A stretch of DNA of 64,000 nt from a virus (lineage: Duplodnaviria > Caudoviricetes). The notes beneath the pieces were generated by a model. That model was given only the letters and a program-made list of their open reading frames with translations, was not told where the DNA came from and made no database searches. The stretch is from the IMG/VR virus record IMGVR_UViG_2561511197_000003, positions 2,976 through 66,975 of that record. One strand, 5' to 3'. Within the stretch, counting starts at the first letter, position 1. Each line of letters starts with the position of its first letter. Below are positions 27,151-37,600 of this stretch, piece by piece. A program made the translations under genes and the position numbers.

Positions 27151-28344
27151 ATGCGCACTGCACAATCACCTCGGCGATCTACTCGCTCGGTTCAACCAAC
27201 TTCAGGACGCCGCCACCGTCAATCGCCTGCACCCCCAGTCCCAACCATTAGACCTGCTGGCCCCGCCTTTCTGACGCAGCCCATTTTACCTATCCAGTTC
27301 CAATCAGATCGCATTCAGGATAGTTATGGCCGGTTTTACAAGAAGTCCGGTCCAGACGATCAGGCCAAAGAGGTCGCCGAATATTATGCTTCACTGGATC
27401 ATCTGGCTAGCCTATATAACTTTCAACCGCGCAACTGTCGGGATATGGCTTACCCGATGAATATCGGATTGAGCTTTATAGCGGCTCGTCAGCAGCTAAA
27501 AGCGATCAAACCTGACCTGACGCTAGTACTGGTGGCTCAATCTTACAAAGACGAAAAAAAGTACCGTGCCACATTGGCTACGGTGCAGGCAGAAGATACA
27601 GATATATCGCTCTACAACGTACCGGTTCGCCCCTACCAACGCATGATCGGAGATCGGCGGCAACGTCAGCGATTGAGATTACTAGACAGCCTGTTTGCCT
27701 TTCTGTATCGCCGGGTTGCCTTCCCATATTGTGGGCCTGACGACTCAAGCTACTTTGATGACATACTAAGCTATACCATCGACGAAGATGGGATATATGC
27801 ATCAGAGCGCGACGCTGAGGAAGAATACGGTGATCACTACAAAGCGGCGAAGCGTAAAGTTTTCGATATACGTCGGCTGTGTTTACAGAGCAAGAAGCGC
27901 TTCAATCATGAGTATCACGTACAGCAACTCAGTCAACGGGTCAATTCATTCAAACCAAAATCAGAGCTTGATCAAGACCTCTTGATCGCCGCTCAGAAAC
28001 TGGTGGAAGTTGAGTGTCATTTCCCGCACCATTCGTTTAAGATGGCAACTGACAACCACCATCTTGAGATTAAAGACCGGGCGGAGGGTACCATTTTCGT
28101 TGATCAAATTGCAACATTCGTCTGGTCAGATAACGACGAATTCTATAGCCTTTACACGCAGTTTCTCGATGACGAGATGAGTAGTGGCTGTGATCAGGAA
28201 CCACTGCAATCTGTACAGGTCTTTGACTCACCGCAAGCCAAAGACATCCACGCTGACTATCAAGAATATTACCAACTACTGCTGGACGCCGTCGGCGATC
28301 TAGGTGCAGTACTATCCCGAATGGATCATGGAAAATGTGAATAA
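27151..28344 (+). CDS. PRTRC cassette protein (protein F position)
   Basis: 397 aa between proteins C and B; start uncertain. Confidence 0.6.
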   Translation: MRTAQSPRRSTRSVQPTSGRRHRQSPAPPVPTIRPAGPAFLTQPILPIQFQSDRIQDSYGRFYKKSGPDDQAKEVAEYYASLDHLASLYNFQPRNCRDMAYPMNIGLSFIAARQQLKAIKPDLTLVLVAQSYKDEKKYRATLATVQAEDTDISLYNVPVRPYQRMIGDRRQRQRLRLLDSLFAFLYRRVAFPYCGPDDSSYFDDILSYTIDEDGIYASERDAEEEYGDHYKAAKRKVFDIRRLCLQSKKRFNHEYHVQQLSQRVNSFKPKSELDQDLLIAAQKLVEVECHFPHHSFKMATDNHHLEIKDRAEGTIFVDQIATFVWSDNDEFYSLYTQFLDDEMSSGCDQEPLQSVQVFDSPQAKDIHADYQEYYQLLLDAVGDLGAVLSRMDHGKCE

Positions 28345-29074
28345 ACTGTTTCTGGATTTCGCTATCCCCAAATTTATCCTGTTGTTCTACCAGCAGCCGA
28401 ATAGCTACCAACAAGATCAAGACGATGACGGATCATTCTATGTCGAATCCTGCGACATAGACCCTGTAACGGGTCTGATGAGGAATCACCACCCACTGGC
28501 TGTGGAAGAATCGCAGGCACTGGGCAAACGTCTGAACGCCTCGCATGACCGAATTACCGGCTTTCTGCTGCCCAAAGGGCTTTTGCCAGAAAACGTATTG
28601 TACCTAAACCCACGCGGGGAAGGGAAAGTAATCTGGTACACCAAACCGGGGAAACGTACCCTGTATTTTAGCGATTATCGTAAAATTAAGGATGGAACAG
28701 CCCATGTACCTGGGCTACTTTGGTGCGCTACTGCCACCACCTTGCGTCTATTCGCCCTCAAGCCGGGTGTTGTCGAAGGCCGACCGGCCTCTAACACCCA
28801 GTTATACTACGCCCCCTTTTACAATACAAATTCGGCTGGGGAAGTGTGCCAGGGCGATGTTGACATCGACGTGACGGGGGAGTCTACGCTTGAGGATTTT
28901 ATCACAGGATGGGAGCGGTTTTACTTCGATAGTCGCTTTTCCCACCTGAGTGGCAATCTACCCATTAAAGGGAATCTGGATGAACTGTGGAACAGCCTGA
29001 TCGGTACAGAAACGCCATTCCCCCACGACTTAATGATCTCGACGAAACTCACACTAAAAGACCTACTGGCATGA
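28328..29074 (+). CDS. PRTRC system protein B (prokaryotic E2 family D)
   Basis: LLPENVL, VIWYT, VPGLLW, LYYAPFYN...VCQG, WERFYFDSRFSH. Confidence 0.88.
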   Translation: MENVNKLFLDFAIPKFILLFYQQPNSYQQDQDDDGSFYVESCDIDPVTGLMRNHHPLAVEESQALGKRLNASHDRITGFLLPKGLLPENVLYLNPRGEGKVIWYTKPGKRTLYFSDYRKIKDGTAHVPGLLWCATATTLRLFALKPGVVEGRPASNTQLYYAPFYNTNSAGEVCQGDVDIDVTGESTLEDFITGWERFYFDSRFSHLSGNLPIKGNLDELWNSLIGTETPFPHDLMISTKLTLKDLLA

Positions 29075-29862
29075 CTTCGGTACATCTTACTGCTAAATAC
29101 CTGATTAGCCCTCAAAACCCCATTACAGTCAACCTTATCGGCGCTGGCGGCACCGGTAGTCAGGTGTTGACTGCACTGGCCCGAATGAATGTAGCCATGC
29201 TGGCGCTTGGCCACCCCGGTCTGTATGTATGTGTATGGGACCACGATACGGTCAGTCGCGCCAACATGGGCCGACAGTTGTTTGCTCAGTGCGAGGTTGG
29301 CCAGCACAAGGCGGTAGCTCTGATTAACCGCACAAACCGGTTTTTCGGCACCAATTGGAAAGCGATTGCTCACAAGTACGAGAAGGCTAATTTATGGCAA
29401 AGCCCCTTCGCGCATGGGTCGGCGAATGTGACCATTAGCTGCGTCGATACTGTGGCTGCCCGTTTCCAGATTGCCGATACGCTCAAAACCCTTAACGTTC
29501 ATGAGGACCACCGCGACCGCCCCTATTACTGGATGGATTTTGGGAATAGCCTCACCAGCGGGCAGGTCATGCTCTCAACTGTTGGCAAGCACAAGCAACC
29601 GGACTCCAAGAAATTCAAGACGGTAGCGCATCTTCCGTTCATCACCGACGAGTACGCCGACGCGCTGCGGAACACAGTCGAGACAAACGAACCCTCCTGC
29701 TCACTGGCCGAAGCCTTGGAGCGCCAGGATTTATTCATCAACCCGACGCTGGCGCAAATGGGCTGCAAACTGCTGTGGAACCTGTTTCGGGAAGGTATGA
29801 CACCCAACCGGGGTTTCTTCCTGAATCTGGCTGACTTCCGCTCGATGCCCTTGCCGGTATGA
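29071..29862 (+). CDS. PRTRC system ThiF/E1-like protein
   Basis: IGAGGTGS, DHDTVSRANMGRQ, CVD, DFGN, PSCSLAEALERQDLFIN. Confidence 0.92.
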   Translation: MTSVHLTAKYLISPQNPITVNLIGAGGTGSQVLTALARMNVAMLALGHPGLYVCVWDHDTVSRANMGRQLFAQCEVGQHKAVALINRTNRFFGTNWKAIAHKYEKANLWQSPFAHGSANVTISCVDTVAARFQIADTLKTLNVHEDHRDRPYYWMDFGNSLTSGQVMLSTVGKHKQPDSKKFKTVAHLPFITDEYADALRNTVETNEPSCSLAEALERQDLFINPTLAQMGCKLLWNLFREGMTPNRGFFLNLADFRSMPLPV

Positions 29863-30137
29863 CCCCACCCCTCCTATCCGATCTGCACCAGCAGACACTT
29901 AAGAAACTACTGGCCAGCCTGACGATTCCCGATAAACCGGCGTACCTCGTCGTCGGGCTGGCCGCGCGCAAAGCGGAGGTACTGGTTAAGCTGGCCATCA
30001 CGGATGCCGCCTCGTCCGTCGAAGAAGATATTGCCCACACGCGCCGGGAGCAGGCCGCTATCTGCTTTCCCGACTTCGACCGTATTCTACTTTACCGTCG
30101 CAACGGCTCAGGTACGTTGGACGACATCACCAACTAG
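29859..30137 (+). CDS. Hypothetical protein
   Basis: ATGA-coupled to the ThiF gene. Confidence 0.6.
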   Translation: MTPPLLSDLHQQTLKKLLASLTIPDKPAYLVVGLAARKAEVLVKLAITDAASSVEEDIAHTRREQAAICFPDFDRILLYRRNGSGTLDDITN

Positions 30138-30139
30138 CT

Positions 30140-30304
30140 ATGGACATTATACTGATTTCGGGAATAGAATTTCCAGCAAACTGGCAAGCGACAAGCTGGG
30201 CACCAGCCCATTGTGGTGGCTTTACCAGCTACTACGCCAAAAATGTGCGAGGTATGGTCTTCGAGGTTCGGGTATGGAATGACGGAACATTAACTGCGCG
30301 CTAA
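30140..30304 (+). CDS. 54-aa hypothetical protein (below cutoff)
   Basis: MDIILISGIEFP...NDGTLTAR; fills the gap between its neighbours. Confidence 0.5.
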   Translation: MDIILISGIEFPANWQATSWAPAHCGGFTSYYAKNVRGMVFEVRVWNDGTLTAR

Positions 30305-30308
30305 TACT

Positions 30309-30737
30309 ATGGGACCGAACACCTTTCTTGGCCTGCTGCATAACGCCCTGACGCTGGGCAGTACCGCCAGTGAGCCGGATGAACTACTATGGGCATCCGA
30401 TAACGATTTCCCGGTTCATACCATCGCCCTGACCGAAACAGAGGTCAAGGGCTGGGAGGCTAAAACCGTCGATGGACGACCGGTACGCCCCGGCTCCTAC
30501 ATCGGCGGTCAGTTGCGGACGCTGGCCTTCGAGCCGGTGTTCCTGGATGATCTTGGCGAGGACTCGCTGACGGCCGCGCGCTGGCTGGGCCTGTTTGCGC
30601 TGTTCGGTGAGGTCAATCTGCGACAGCAATGCATATTCCAGCGTCCCACCGATCAGCCCGACGAGTACGACTTTTACCTGCTGGCCCATATCGGCGGCGA
30701 GTGGGTAGGTCTGAAAACGAAAGTTGTCGAAACCTAA
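30309..30737 (+). CDS. Nuclease A inhibitor (NuiA)-like protein
   Basis: LLWASDNDFP near the N-terminus and DFYLL...GLKTKVVET at the C-terminus match recalled NuiA motifs. Confidence 0.7.
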   Translation: MGPNTFLGLLHNALTLGSTASEPDELLWASDNDFPVHTIALTETEVKGWEAKTVDGRPVRPGSYIGGQLRTLAFEPVFLDDLGEDSLTAARWLGLFALFGEVNLRQQCIFQRPTDQPDEYDFYLLAHIGGEWVGLKTKVVET

Positions 30738-30748
30738 ACCCACACACC

Positions 30749-31396
30749 ATGCAACCTTTTCCCCTCCAGTGGCCCCTTGGGTGGCCGCAGTATAGTCAAC
30801 GCCCTAAATCGTGGTCAGTGGCCAAGCTGGGTACGTTAGCCTTCGAGCGCGACGCCGTGCTGAAAAAGCTGAAACTGCTGAAGGTAAACCGCTACGTACT
30901 GACCTCGAACGGGCGTACCGACAAACGGGGTAAACTCGTCGATGGCGCCGGGCGGCTCTCTGCTCCGGGCATCGCGCTTTATTTCTACTACATCAACGGT
31001 TGGTATGTGGTCGCAGCGGATCAGTATTCGACGCTGGCGGGCAATCTGCGGGCCGTGCGCGAGGTGCTGAACTCGCTTCATACTGTCAGCCGCTACCATT
31101 CCACAACCCTGATGCAGCGGCTGCTGGGTACGTTACAGGTCGATATACAACGGCTGGTGGATCGCTCAGAACCCATCAAGGCACAACCGATACAGACACC
31201 GCCCGCCGCCAGCAAACAGCCCGAACAACCTGCTTGGGTGAAAACGCTGGGTCTTGATGGGACCAAGAAGCTAACGTTTGCGGCGGTACGATCAGCGTAT
31301 AGTAAGCTGTCGATGGATGCCAACAGCCAGAAACGACGAGACGCACTAGTGAAAGCGTACGAGCAGGCCGCGCGGCATTTTGGCCATGCGATGTAA
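30749..31396 (+). CDS. Phage protein with degenerate C-terminal J-like domain
   Basis: FPLQWPLGWP, PGIALYF, DQY...NLRAV. The C-terminal VRSAY...AYEQA segment lacks HPD. Confidence 0.7.
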   Translation: MQPFPLQWPLGWPQYSQRPKSWSVAKLGTLAFERDAVLKKLKLLKVNRYVLTSNGRTDKRGKLVDGAGRLSAPGIALYFYYINGWYVVAADQYSTLAGNLRAVREVLNSLHTVSRYHSTTLMQRLLGTLQVDIQRLVDRSEPIKAQPIQTPPAASKQPEQPAWVKTLGLDGTKKLTFAAVRSAYSKLSMDANSQKRRDALVKAYEQAARHFGHAM

Positions 31397-31469
31397 CAGT
31401 GGCGCAGGAATTGGCGCGTCAACTGCACAGAATGAACAATAAGTGCGACTTTTGCGCTTATTCCGCTAT

Positions 31470-31859
31470 ATGAGTACCGATCTTCCCATGAGTAAAAAGC
31501 AAGCCAACCTCTACGTCCGACAGGACACCATCAACCGGATTTACCAGTTGGCTGATGAGCTAACCGATCCGATACTTCGTCTCCGCCCGTCGGACGGGCA
31601 GGTGATCGCACTAGCCACCAATCTGTTTCAGAAACACGTAGCTGTGGCGGCAACCCTGCAACTACCAGATACGGAGGTCAGCTACAGCGATAAACGGTAT
31701 CGGCTCGACACGACCACGATTGAAAAGATCGACGCGCTGAAAGAAACGTTGAGCCTAAGTGGCCGTGGGGCGATCGTAGACCGGGCCATTTACTTCTTTA
31801 ACAAACAACACGAAGCCCAGCAAGCCCGAAAAGGAACGGCGACAGCCAGTGCCCATTGA
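31470..31859 (+). CDS. Putative tandem ribbon-helix-helix regulator
   Basis: Two repeats of a strand-helix-helix pattern (NLYVRQDTINRI...; YRLDTTTIEKID...GAIVDRAI). Confidence 0.5.
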   Translation: MSTDLPMSKKQANLYVRQDTINRIYQLADELTDPILRLRPSDGQVIALATNLFQKHVAVAATLQLPDTEVSYSDKRYRLDTTTIEKIDALKETLSLSGRGAIVDRAIYFFNKQHEAQQARKGTATASAH

Positions 31860-31885
31860 GTGCGTCTTACCGACTGAATGCCCAC

Positions 31886-31910
31886 GCCCCGGCCCTCGCC
31901 GGGGTTTTTC
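31886..31910 (+). terminator. Intrinsic terminator
   Basis: CCCCGGC-CCTC-GCCGGGG followed by TTTTT. Confidence 0.7.
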
Positions 31911-31956
31911 GTTTTTAGGCGAAAACGCATCGAACACATCACCAACCAATACGCCG

Positions 31957-32163
31957 ATGGCAACACAATTAAGCCCTGAGACAATGACGCCCGAGCACGA
32001 AGGGCGCGCGGTCACCTACGTACCTCGACACGCCGAGGGTGATCTGAGCCACGAAGATTGTGAGCGTGGCAAGATTATGCACTGGAACCACTGTGGGGTG
32101 ATGGTCGATTACAGCCGCAACCAATGCCGGACTGATTACAAAGACCTCTATCTCGATTTCTGA
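31957..32163 (+). CDS. Hypothetical protein
   Basis: ATG at 31957 after the terminator. Confidence 0.6.
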   Translation: MATQLSPETMTPEHEGRAVTYVPRHAEGDLSHEDCERGKIMHWNHCGVMVDYSRNQCRTDYKDLYLDF

Positions 32164-32351
32164 TGACACCCGACCAAATCACCCTGGAACACGCTCGGCT
32201 GCTCGACCAGCTCGATCGCGCGCGCGCCCTGGCCAGCATCCTGCACATGCCGGGGTCACCTGCCTACCATGACGCCATAGCGGCGGACCAACGTACCCTG
32301 ACCGATTTTGAAACTACTCACGGTCTCACGTCGAGCCAACTTCCTTTCTGA
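32163..32351 (+). CDS. Hypothetical protein ending in QLPF
   Basis: TGATG coupling with the previous gene. Confidence 0.6.
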   Translation: MTPDQITLEHARLLDQLDRARALASILHMPGSPAYHDAIAADQRTLTDFETTHGLTSSQLPF

Positions 32352-32363
32352 TATTAAAACCCA

Positions 32364-32882
32364 ATGAGCTACACCGAAATTTTTGCCTTCAAGAAAACTG
32401 GCGAAATCGAATCCATCGCAGAAATCAGGAATTCACACCGTGGCGCTGCGGCAGTATGGTCAACAGTTGAAGATCGCTATCTGCCTAAAAAGCAATACTC
32501 TCGTATAGTCCTAAGTGAAATGCAGGATATATGGGATTTATGGAAACGCGATGATGTGAGCTTGACTGATAAGATTGTGCTGTTAAGTACGTTCGATCAC
32601 GTCATTGTCGAGAAAGAGCATATCCCTCGACTGATCGCGGCGTTTCGCGCTTTTGTTGGCCAAACCAGTCTCCCAGAACAGGCTGATGCTATTGCAAAAA
32701 TCCAAGACGATCCCGACCTGTGGGCTATTGGTTGGAATCAGACTTCCATAAACAGTGATGACTGGACAAACCTCGGTGGATATGATGAGGAAACGGATGA
32801 ACCTATACCCTACGATTTTAAGACGGGTGAGTTGCATTGGCGTTTGTTTAGCTTCGAAGAAAAACCCACAAAAGACCAATAA
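32364..32882 (+). CDS. Hypothetical protein
   Basis: 172-aa ORF, lower GC. Confidence 0.7.
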   Translation: MSYTEIFAFKKTGEIESIAEIRNSHRGAAAVWSTVEDRYLPKKQYSRIVLSEMQDIWDLWKRDDVSLTDKIVLLSTFDHVIVEKEHIPRLIAAFRAFVGQTSLPEQADAIAKIQDDPDLWAIGWNQTSINSDDWTNLGGYDEETDEPIPYDFKTGELHWRLFSFEEKPTKDQ

Positions 32883-32885
32883 CAT

Positions 32886-33086
32886 ATGGGACGAGAGGTA
32901 AGAAAGGTTGCCGCTGACTGGCAGCACCCAACCGATGAAAACGGCAGACTATCGCCTGAGCAGCTTGAAAAACTGAGGAATCAGACAATGAATAATAATA
33001 TGTCTGCTATGTTCTGGTCTGGCTTTTCGATAGGAATGTCTGTAGCGGTTATAGTGTTTTTACTTCTCATGCTGTTGCGTAAATGA
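32886..33086 (+). CDS. Small protein with C-terminal TM helix
   Basis: MGREVRKVAADWQHP followed by a hydrophobic tail. Confidence 0.55.
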   Translation: MGREVRKVAADWQHPTDENGRLSPEQLEKLRNQTMNNNMSAMFWSGFSIGMSVAVIVFLLLMLLRK

Positions 33087-33107
33087 TGAAGTTTTTCTTC
33101 AAGAATA

Positions 33108-33488
33108 ATGAACGAGCCACCGATTCAACCTAACGAAACTGAGCGTGTCGTGACAAGCTGGTACGTTCGCCTCACGATCACGAAAGGGCTAATTAACTGG
33201 CATTATCAGTACTGGTTTCGCAACGAAGCAGGTGAGTGGATCGACTACCCCGTTCGTGATCGGGGACGTGGTGACTGGTACATCGACCGGGCCGTTGATA
33301 AGCTGCTCACCTTGCCCGAACCTGAGCAGCAGACGCTAACCATGCAACAGGTAGGGCCACTGGCCTCAGCGATCCGGCAGCGGTATCAACGGTCAGGCGT
33401 GTACCCTAACAGCGGGGTCGGTGGGGGCAAAACACTCAAAGGGGTGATGGCATGGGCCGAGGGGGTTTTTAAGAAATACGGCCCTTGA
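33108..33488 (+). CDS. Hypothetical protein
   Basis: Last + strand ORF of the early region. Confidence 0.65.
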   Translation: MNEPPIQPNETERVVTSWYVRLTITKGLINWHYQYWFRNEAGEWIDYPVRDRGRGDWYIDRAVDKLLTLPEPEQQTLTMQQVGPLASAIRQRYQRSGVYPNSGVGGGKTLKGVMAWAEGVFKKYGP

Positions 33489-33597
33489 TTGTACTGCCGA
33501 CTAGACGAGTGTAGACAAAAAAGGTACGTTTGCCCCGCCCAAAACGGGCCTTCTGAATGCATGGGGCCACTTTGTACAGATTTAAGGTACGTTTACC

Positions 33598-34005
33598 TCA
33601 CTGCCTGACGAGGGTGAACTGGGTGGTGGTTTCCTTGCCGGTGGGTACGTAGGTGCAGTAGCCACTGCCCAGCGCGCGGCAGACGAGCGTGTTGCCAAAC
33701 GTCGAGGGCAGTACGTAATTGGTGCACTCCCGGTCTTTCTGTATCGGCCCATACTGATAGACTACGCGCAACACGCCGTTCTCAACCCGGTAGGTGTAGT
33801 AATTCGGTGAGCCTGGGCCAGTGACCAACAGCGTTCCATCGGACTTGAACTCGTAGATCGAATGCCAGTTCGGATTGGTATACGCCTCCATGTATTCCCA
33901 TTTACCAACCAGACTCGTGGCACTCACCGACGTGTCGGCGGGGGCGGGATCGCTGCCTTTACAGGCCAGCACCAGCGTCAGCACCAGTACATACAGGTGT
34001 CTCAT
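33598..34005 (-). CDS. Lipoprotein, lipocalin-like beta barrel
   Basis: Signal peptide II ...LVLAC; LVGKW; YEFKSDG. Confidence 0.75.
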   Translation of the reverse strand: MRHLYVLVLTLVLACKGSDPAPADTSVSATSLVGKWEYMEAYTNPNWHSIYEFKSDGTLLVTGPGSPNYYTYRVENGVLRVVYQYGPIQKDRECTNYVLPSTFGNTLVCRALGSGYCTYVPTGKETTTQFTLVRQ

Positions 34006-34457
34006 GCTACTGGGTCCGGATTGGTCCAGAGCGGCTTGATGATACCAATAATCTCCAGATACAGTTTAAACTCCTCTCCTGTCATAGTAGCAATCGGCTT
34101 GGTCATCAAGACGGTTTTTACTTCCGCAACTCGTTTCTCATAATGCAGGCGATAGAAACGTTTAGCGACGTCAAGCATCTGCGCACGCTTATCCTTATCT
34201 AGAAGAGTTTCATAAAACTTTGGGAAGGCTTTTTGCTCCGTAAGCTCTATCCTTAGATCATCTGTTTTCAGATCTCTAAACAGCGCTGTGTATTGGGTAT
34301 TTGTTACATCTGAAATAAGCAACCCTATTTTAAAGGCCATAGTCGCTTCGAACTGACTAACATGGCCTCGACTTAAGCTGTCTAACCGCTGCTCGTCGGA
34401 AAGGAGGGTGATAATCTGTTCTAGATCGGGCAGGTTTTGAGGAGAAGTAACTTGCAT
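34002..34457 (-). CDS. Hypothetical low-GC protein
   Basis: ATGA-coupled to the lipoprotein gene; lies after the late terminator. Confidence 0.65.
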   Translation of the reverse strand: MQVTSPQNLPDLEQIITLLSDEQRLDSLSRGHVSQFEATMAFKIGLLISDVTNTQYTALFRDLKTDDLRIELTEQKAFPKFYETLLDKDKRAQMLDVAKRFYRLHYEKRVAEVKTVLMTKPIATMTGEEFKLYLEIIGIIKPLWTNPDPVA

Positions 34458-34592
34458 GTGGTATAGAGAGTATTTGACACCAAATCAGCACGAAGTGTAA
34501 CTAATTTCCAAGCAAGTCAAACAGGCCACCCCGAAACAGCATAATTGTCATTTTACGCAGTCGCTTCTTTTACATTTCATTTATTTCGATAA

Positions 34593-34632
34593 ACGAAAAG
34601 CCCCGTTCCTGCATTGGAACGGGGCTTTTCGT
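34593..34632. terminator. Strong (bidirectional) terminator after the giant gene
   Basis: ACGAAAAGCCCCGTTCC...GGAACGGGGCTTTTCGT. Confidence 0.85.
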
Positions 34633-34656
34633 GTTTGTAGCTGTCGCTACTTCTTT

Positions 34657-37600
34657 TTAATCGTTTGTCAGCTGGCCACGGACCACGCGGGTCACTGTGC
34701 TAGGCAGGCCTACCCACTTCGAGACAAAATCAGTCGATTTTCGCACGAACGTATCCCCCGCCTGAGCGGCTTTCTTCTCATCCTCTTCGGTCATGTACCG
34801 GCCTGCTGCCAGCACCGCATCGACGCCCTGCTGCATGTTCGACAGACTGGGCACCTCGTACAGCTGCTCATTGCCACCAACACCATCGACCTTATTGATG
34901 GCGTACTCGACGAACAACGTACCCAGCCCGGGGAACGTACCTGACACGTTACGCAGCGAGTCGAACATCACGCGTTCGGTCAGCTTATCGGCTTCGGGCG
35001 GTTCCCCACCCGACAGCATGGCCATGATCACCGACGTACCCGCCGACACGGCGCCGACGTACACGGCGTTGGCCAGCACTCCGTAGCCCAGCGTCTGCAG
35101 GAGTTTGGCGCGCGCGGCTTTGGCCTCCGGCGTTCCCGGTGTGGCCTTCGTGTAGCCGATCATCGCCCGAATCACCAGCCCCGCAATTTTCTGCTGCTGG
35201 CTGCTGTACATGCCCAGCATTCGGGTAAAGAACTGCTCGGAGAGTTGCATCGGGGTACGTTCGGCCAGCGAATCCGTGTTATAGGTTTCGCTTACCACCC
35301 GCTCGGTCAGGTGGGCCACCCGATCCCACCACGCATCGCTGTTCTGCTGTAGCCCTTCGGCCGAGGCCTGCAGCTGCGCCGCCTGCACGTAATACAGGAT
35401 GGGCGCCCGGTCAGCCCGGCGCATGGCCGACATAAGGCGTTCCCCCGCGAAACTGTCGTACTTCCTGAGCAGCTTCTGCGCGTTGCTGAGCGTCGCGCTG
35501 TTGAGGCCCAAATCGTCAAAACTGACGTCACCGACGTGCTGCTGATTGGAGTCGAGTAGCCGGTTGATTACCGCGCCGAAGCGCCGTAGCTGCTTGGCCT
35601 TGGCCGCTTCGTCCATGCCCTGACCCAGCAACGCCTCGATGTAGGGCCGCTCGACTGTATCGCTCTCACTAATCAGCCCACCGTGAAGCCCCTGATCGGA
35701 GCCGTCGGCGCGTACCGACGCCCCTACACCCGCATCGCGGTATGCCCCGGCGGTTAGCTTGGCCAGCAGGCCCAGCGCCTGCGGATCGCGCAAATGCTGA
35801 TCCTCAATAATGCCCTGCCCCATCGCCGAGGCGGCCGTGCCCAGCTGTTTGGCAGGCAGGCCCAGGTTGAGCGAGAAAATCGAATTCGTGAACCGGCGCA
35901 TACCCCGCTCGACGCTCGTCAGGCCGGGGTTGTCCTGCCGAACCCGCATCATGCGCTCCCGGTAGCCACGCAGTACTTCGTATTCGCGCGTCAGGTAGCC
36001 CACCAGTCGCGCTTTCTGCGGCCCCTGGTACTTGTTTTCGATGGCGTCGCGCAGGTGCATGACGTTTTCCGACAACCGACCGTATTCCAGCAGATCAGCG
36101 ACCTCCTGTTCGTAGCGGATCATCGTTTGCAGCGGGTTGCCCAGCACGATGCCCTTCGCTTCACGCGACCGCGCAATCAACCGGCCCGACTTATCGTAGA
36201 GCTTCATGCGGCCCTGCGCCTCAGCGCGCGCGTTGGCATCCCCGCCCGTCACCCGAATGGGGTAATAGAACGTCTGGCGGGGCCGGTTTGCCGCCCGTCT
36301 GGCCCGGTTCTCGTCGCGCCGGTCGCGGGCTTCCGCCAGCCACTCCTGCGCGCCGGGCGCCAACGCCGGGTCGATGCCGGCACCCGCTTCGGCAGGCTCG
36401 ATGAGTCGAGGTGATTTACCACCGGTACGTTCGCCTACCCGCTCGAAGGGTTCGCCCGGTTTGAGCGCATTGTTTTCTTCTTCGAGCAGATCCGCTACCT
36501 CGTTGACGTTGAAAAACGAAATCAGCGCCTCGTAGCCTTCCACCTCCCCGGTTTTGGCGTCGTTACCCTCCACAAAGCGCGACAGCAGGCGATTGTATTC
36601 CGCCCGGGGTAACATCAACGTGTCGAGCCGATCGCGCGCGGCATCGTAATACTGGCCACCGTGGTCGAGTTTTTTCGACAACGTACCATCGGCATCGCGC
36701 TCGTAGAGTTCATTGGGACGCGGCTCAGCGTCGAACACGTGAGTTATGCCACCCGTGGGTGACGACCCCTGCTGGGTTTCAGCCAACGCAACCGCTTCCA
36801 TCACCGTCAGGAGCGGCACCTGCTTTTCGACCAGCACCACCTCACCCGTATTGGGATTGAAGTCATACGACTGCACCCCGATCAGCTGCTCCTCGAAGGG
36901 AGCCAGTAGCCGGGCGGCCGTAGAAAGCCGGTCCTGCAGGTACGTTTTCGCCGTACCCGCGCGACGTGATCCTTCGAGCTGCGGTTCATGGATCAGGCGT
37001 TTGATGCTGCCCTTCGTGTCGTCGATCAGATCGGCGAACGTAATCAGGTTGGTCCACGACTTGAGCCAGTCTGAGACAAAGTTGGTCAGCCGACCAACGT
37101 ACCCAGTATCATCACTGCGCTGGCCAAAGCCTGTACTCACTGCATTGGCCAGCGTTGCCTGATCAAGCGTCAGCACCTGCCCGTTCGCCAGATGGTAATG
37201 CGTCTGCGGATGGGTATAGGTGAGCTTTTGGGGTGAGGTCAACTCAAAGCCCGTCTGCTCGGCGATCTGTTTGATGTACGACTTATCGGCGTCGGTGTAG
37301 TTGACGGGGGACATTTCCCATAAATCGCGCGAAACAGCCGGTTGCTTCAGCCCCTGCACGGTGAGTTGCGTATTGGTCACCGGCGGGTTGCGCAGCTGCT
37401 GCTCGGCCACCGATAGCAGGTTGGCCAGCGTCGTGGGTTCGGCCCCCAGCACACTGTTGGCAGACGGGGCGGTCGGCTCAAGGGTCGAGGGGGCCGGATC
37501 AGGCGCCAACTGGAATTGGGGTACGTTGCTGGGGGGCGCAGGCTGAGCGCGATTACCCGGCCCTTCCATCAACCCCAACACCTGCCCGGCCCAACGCGCC

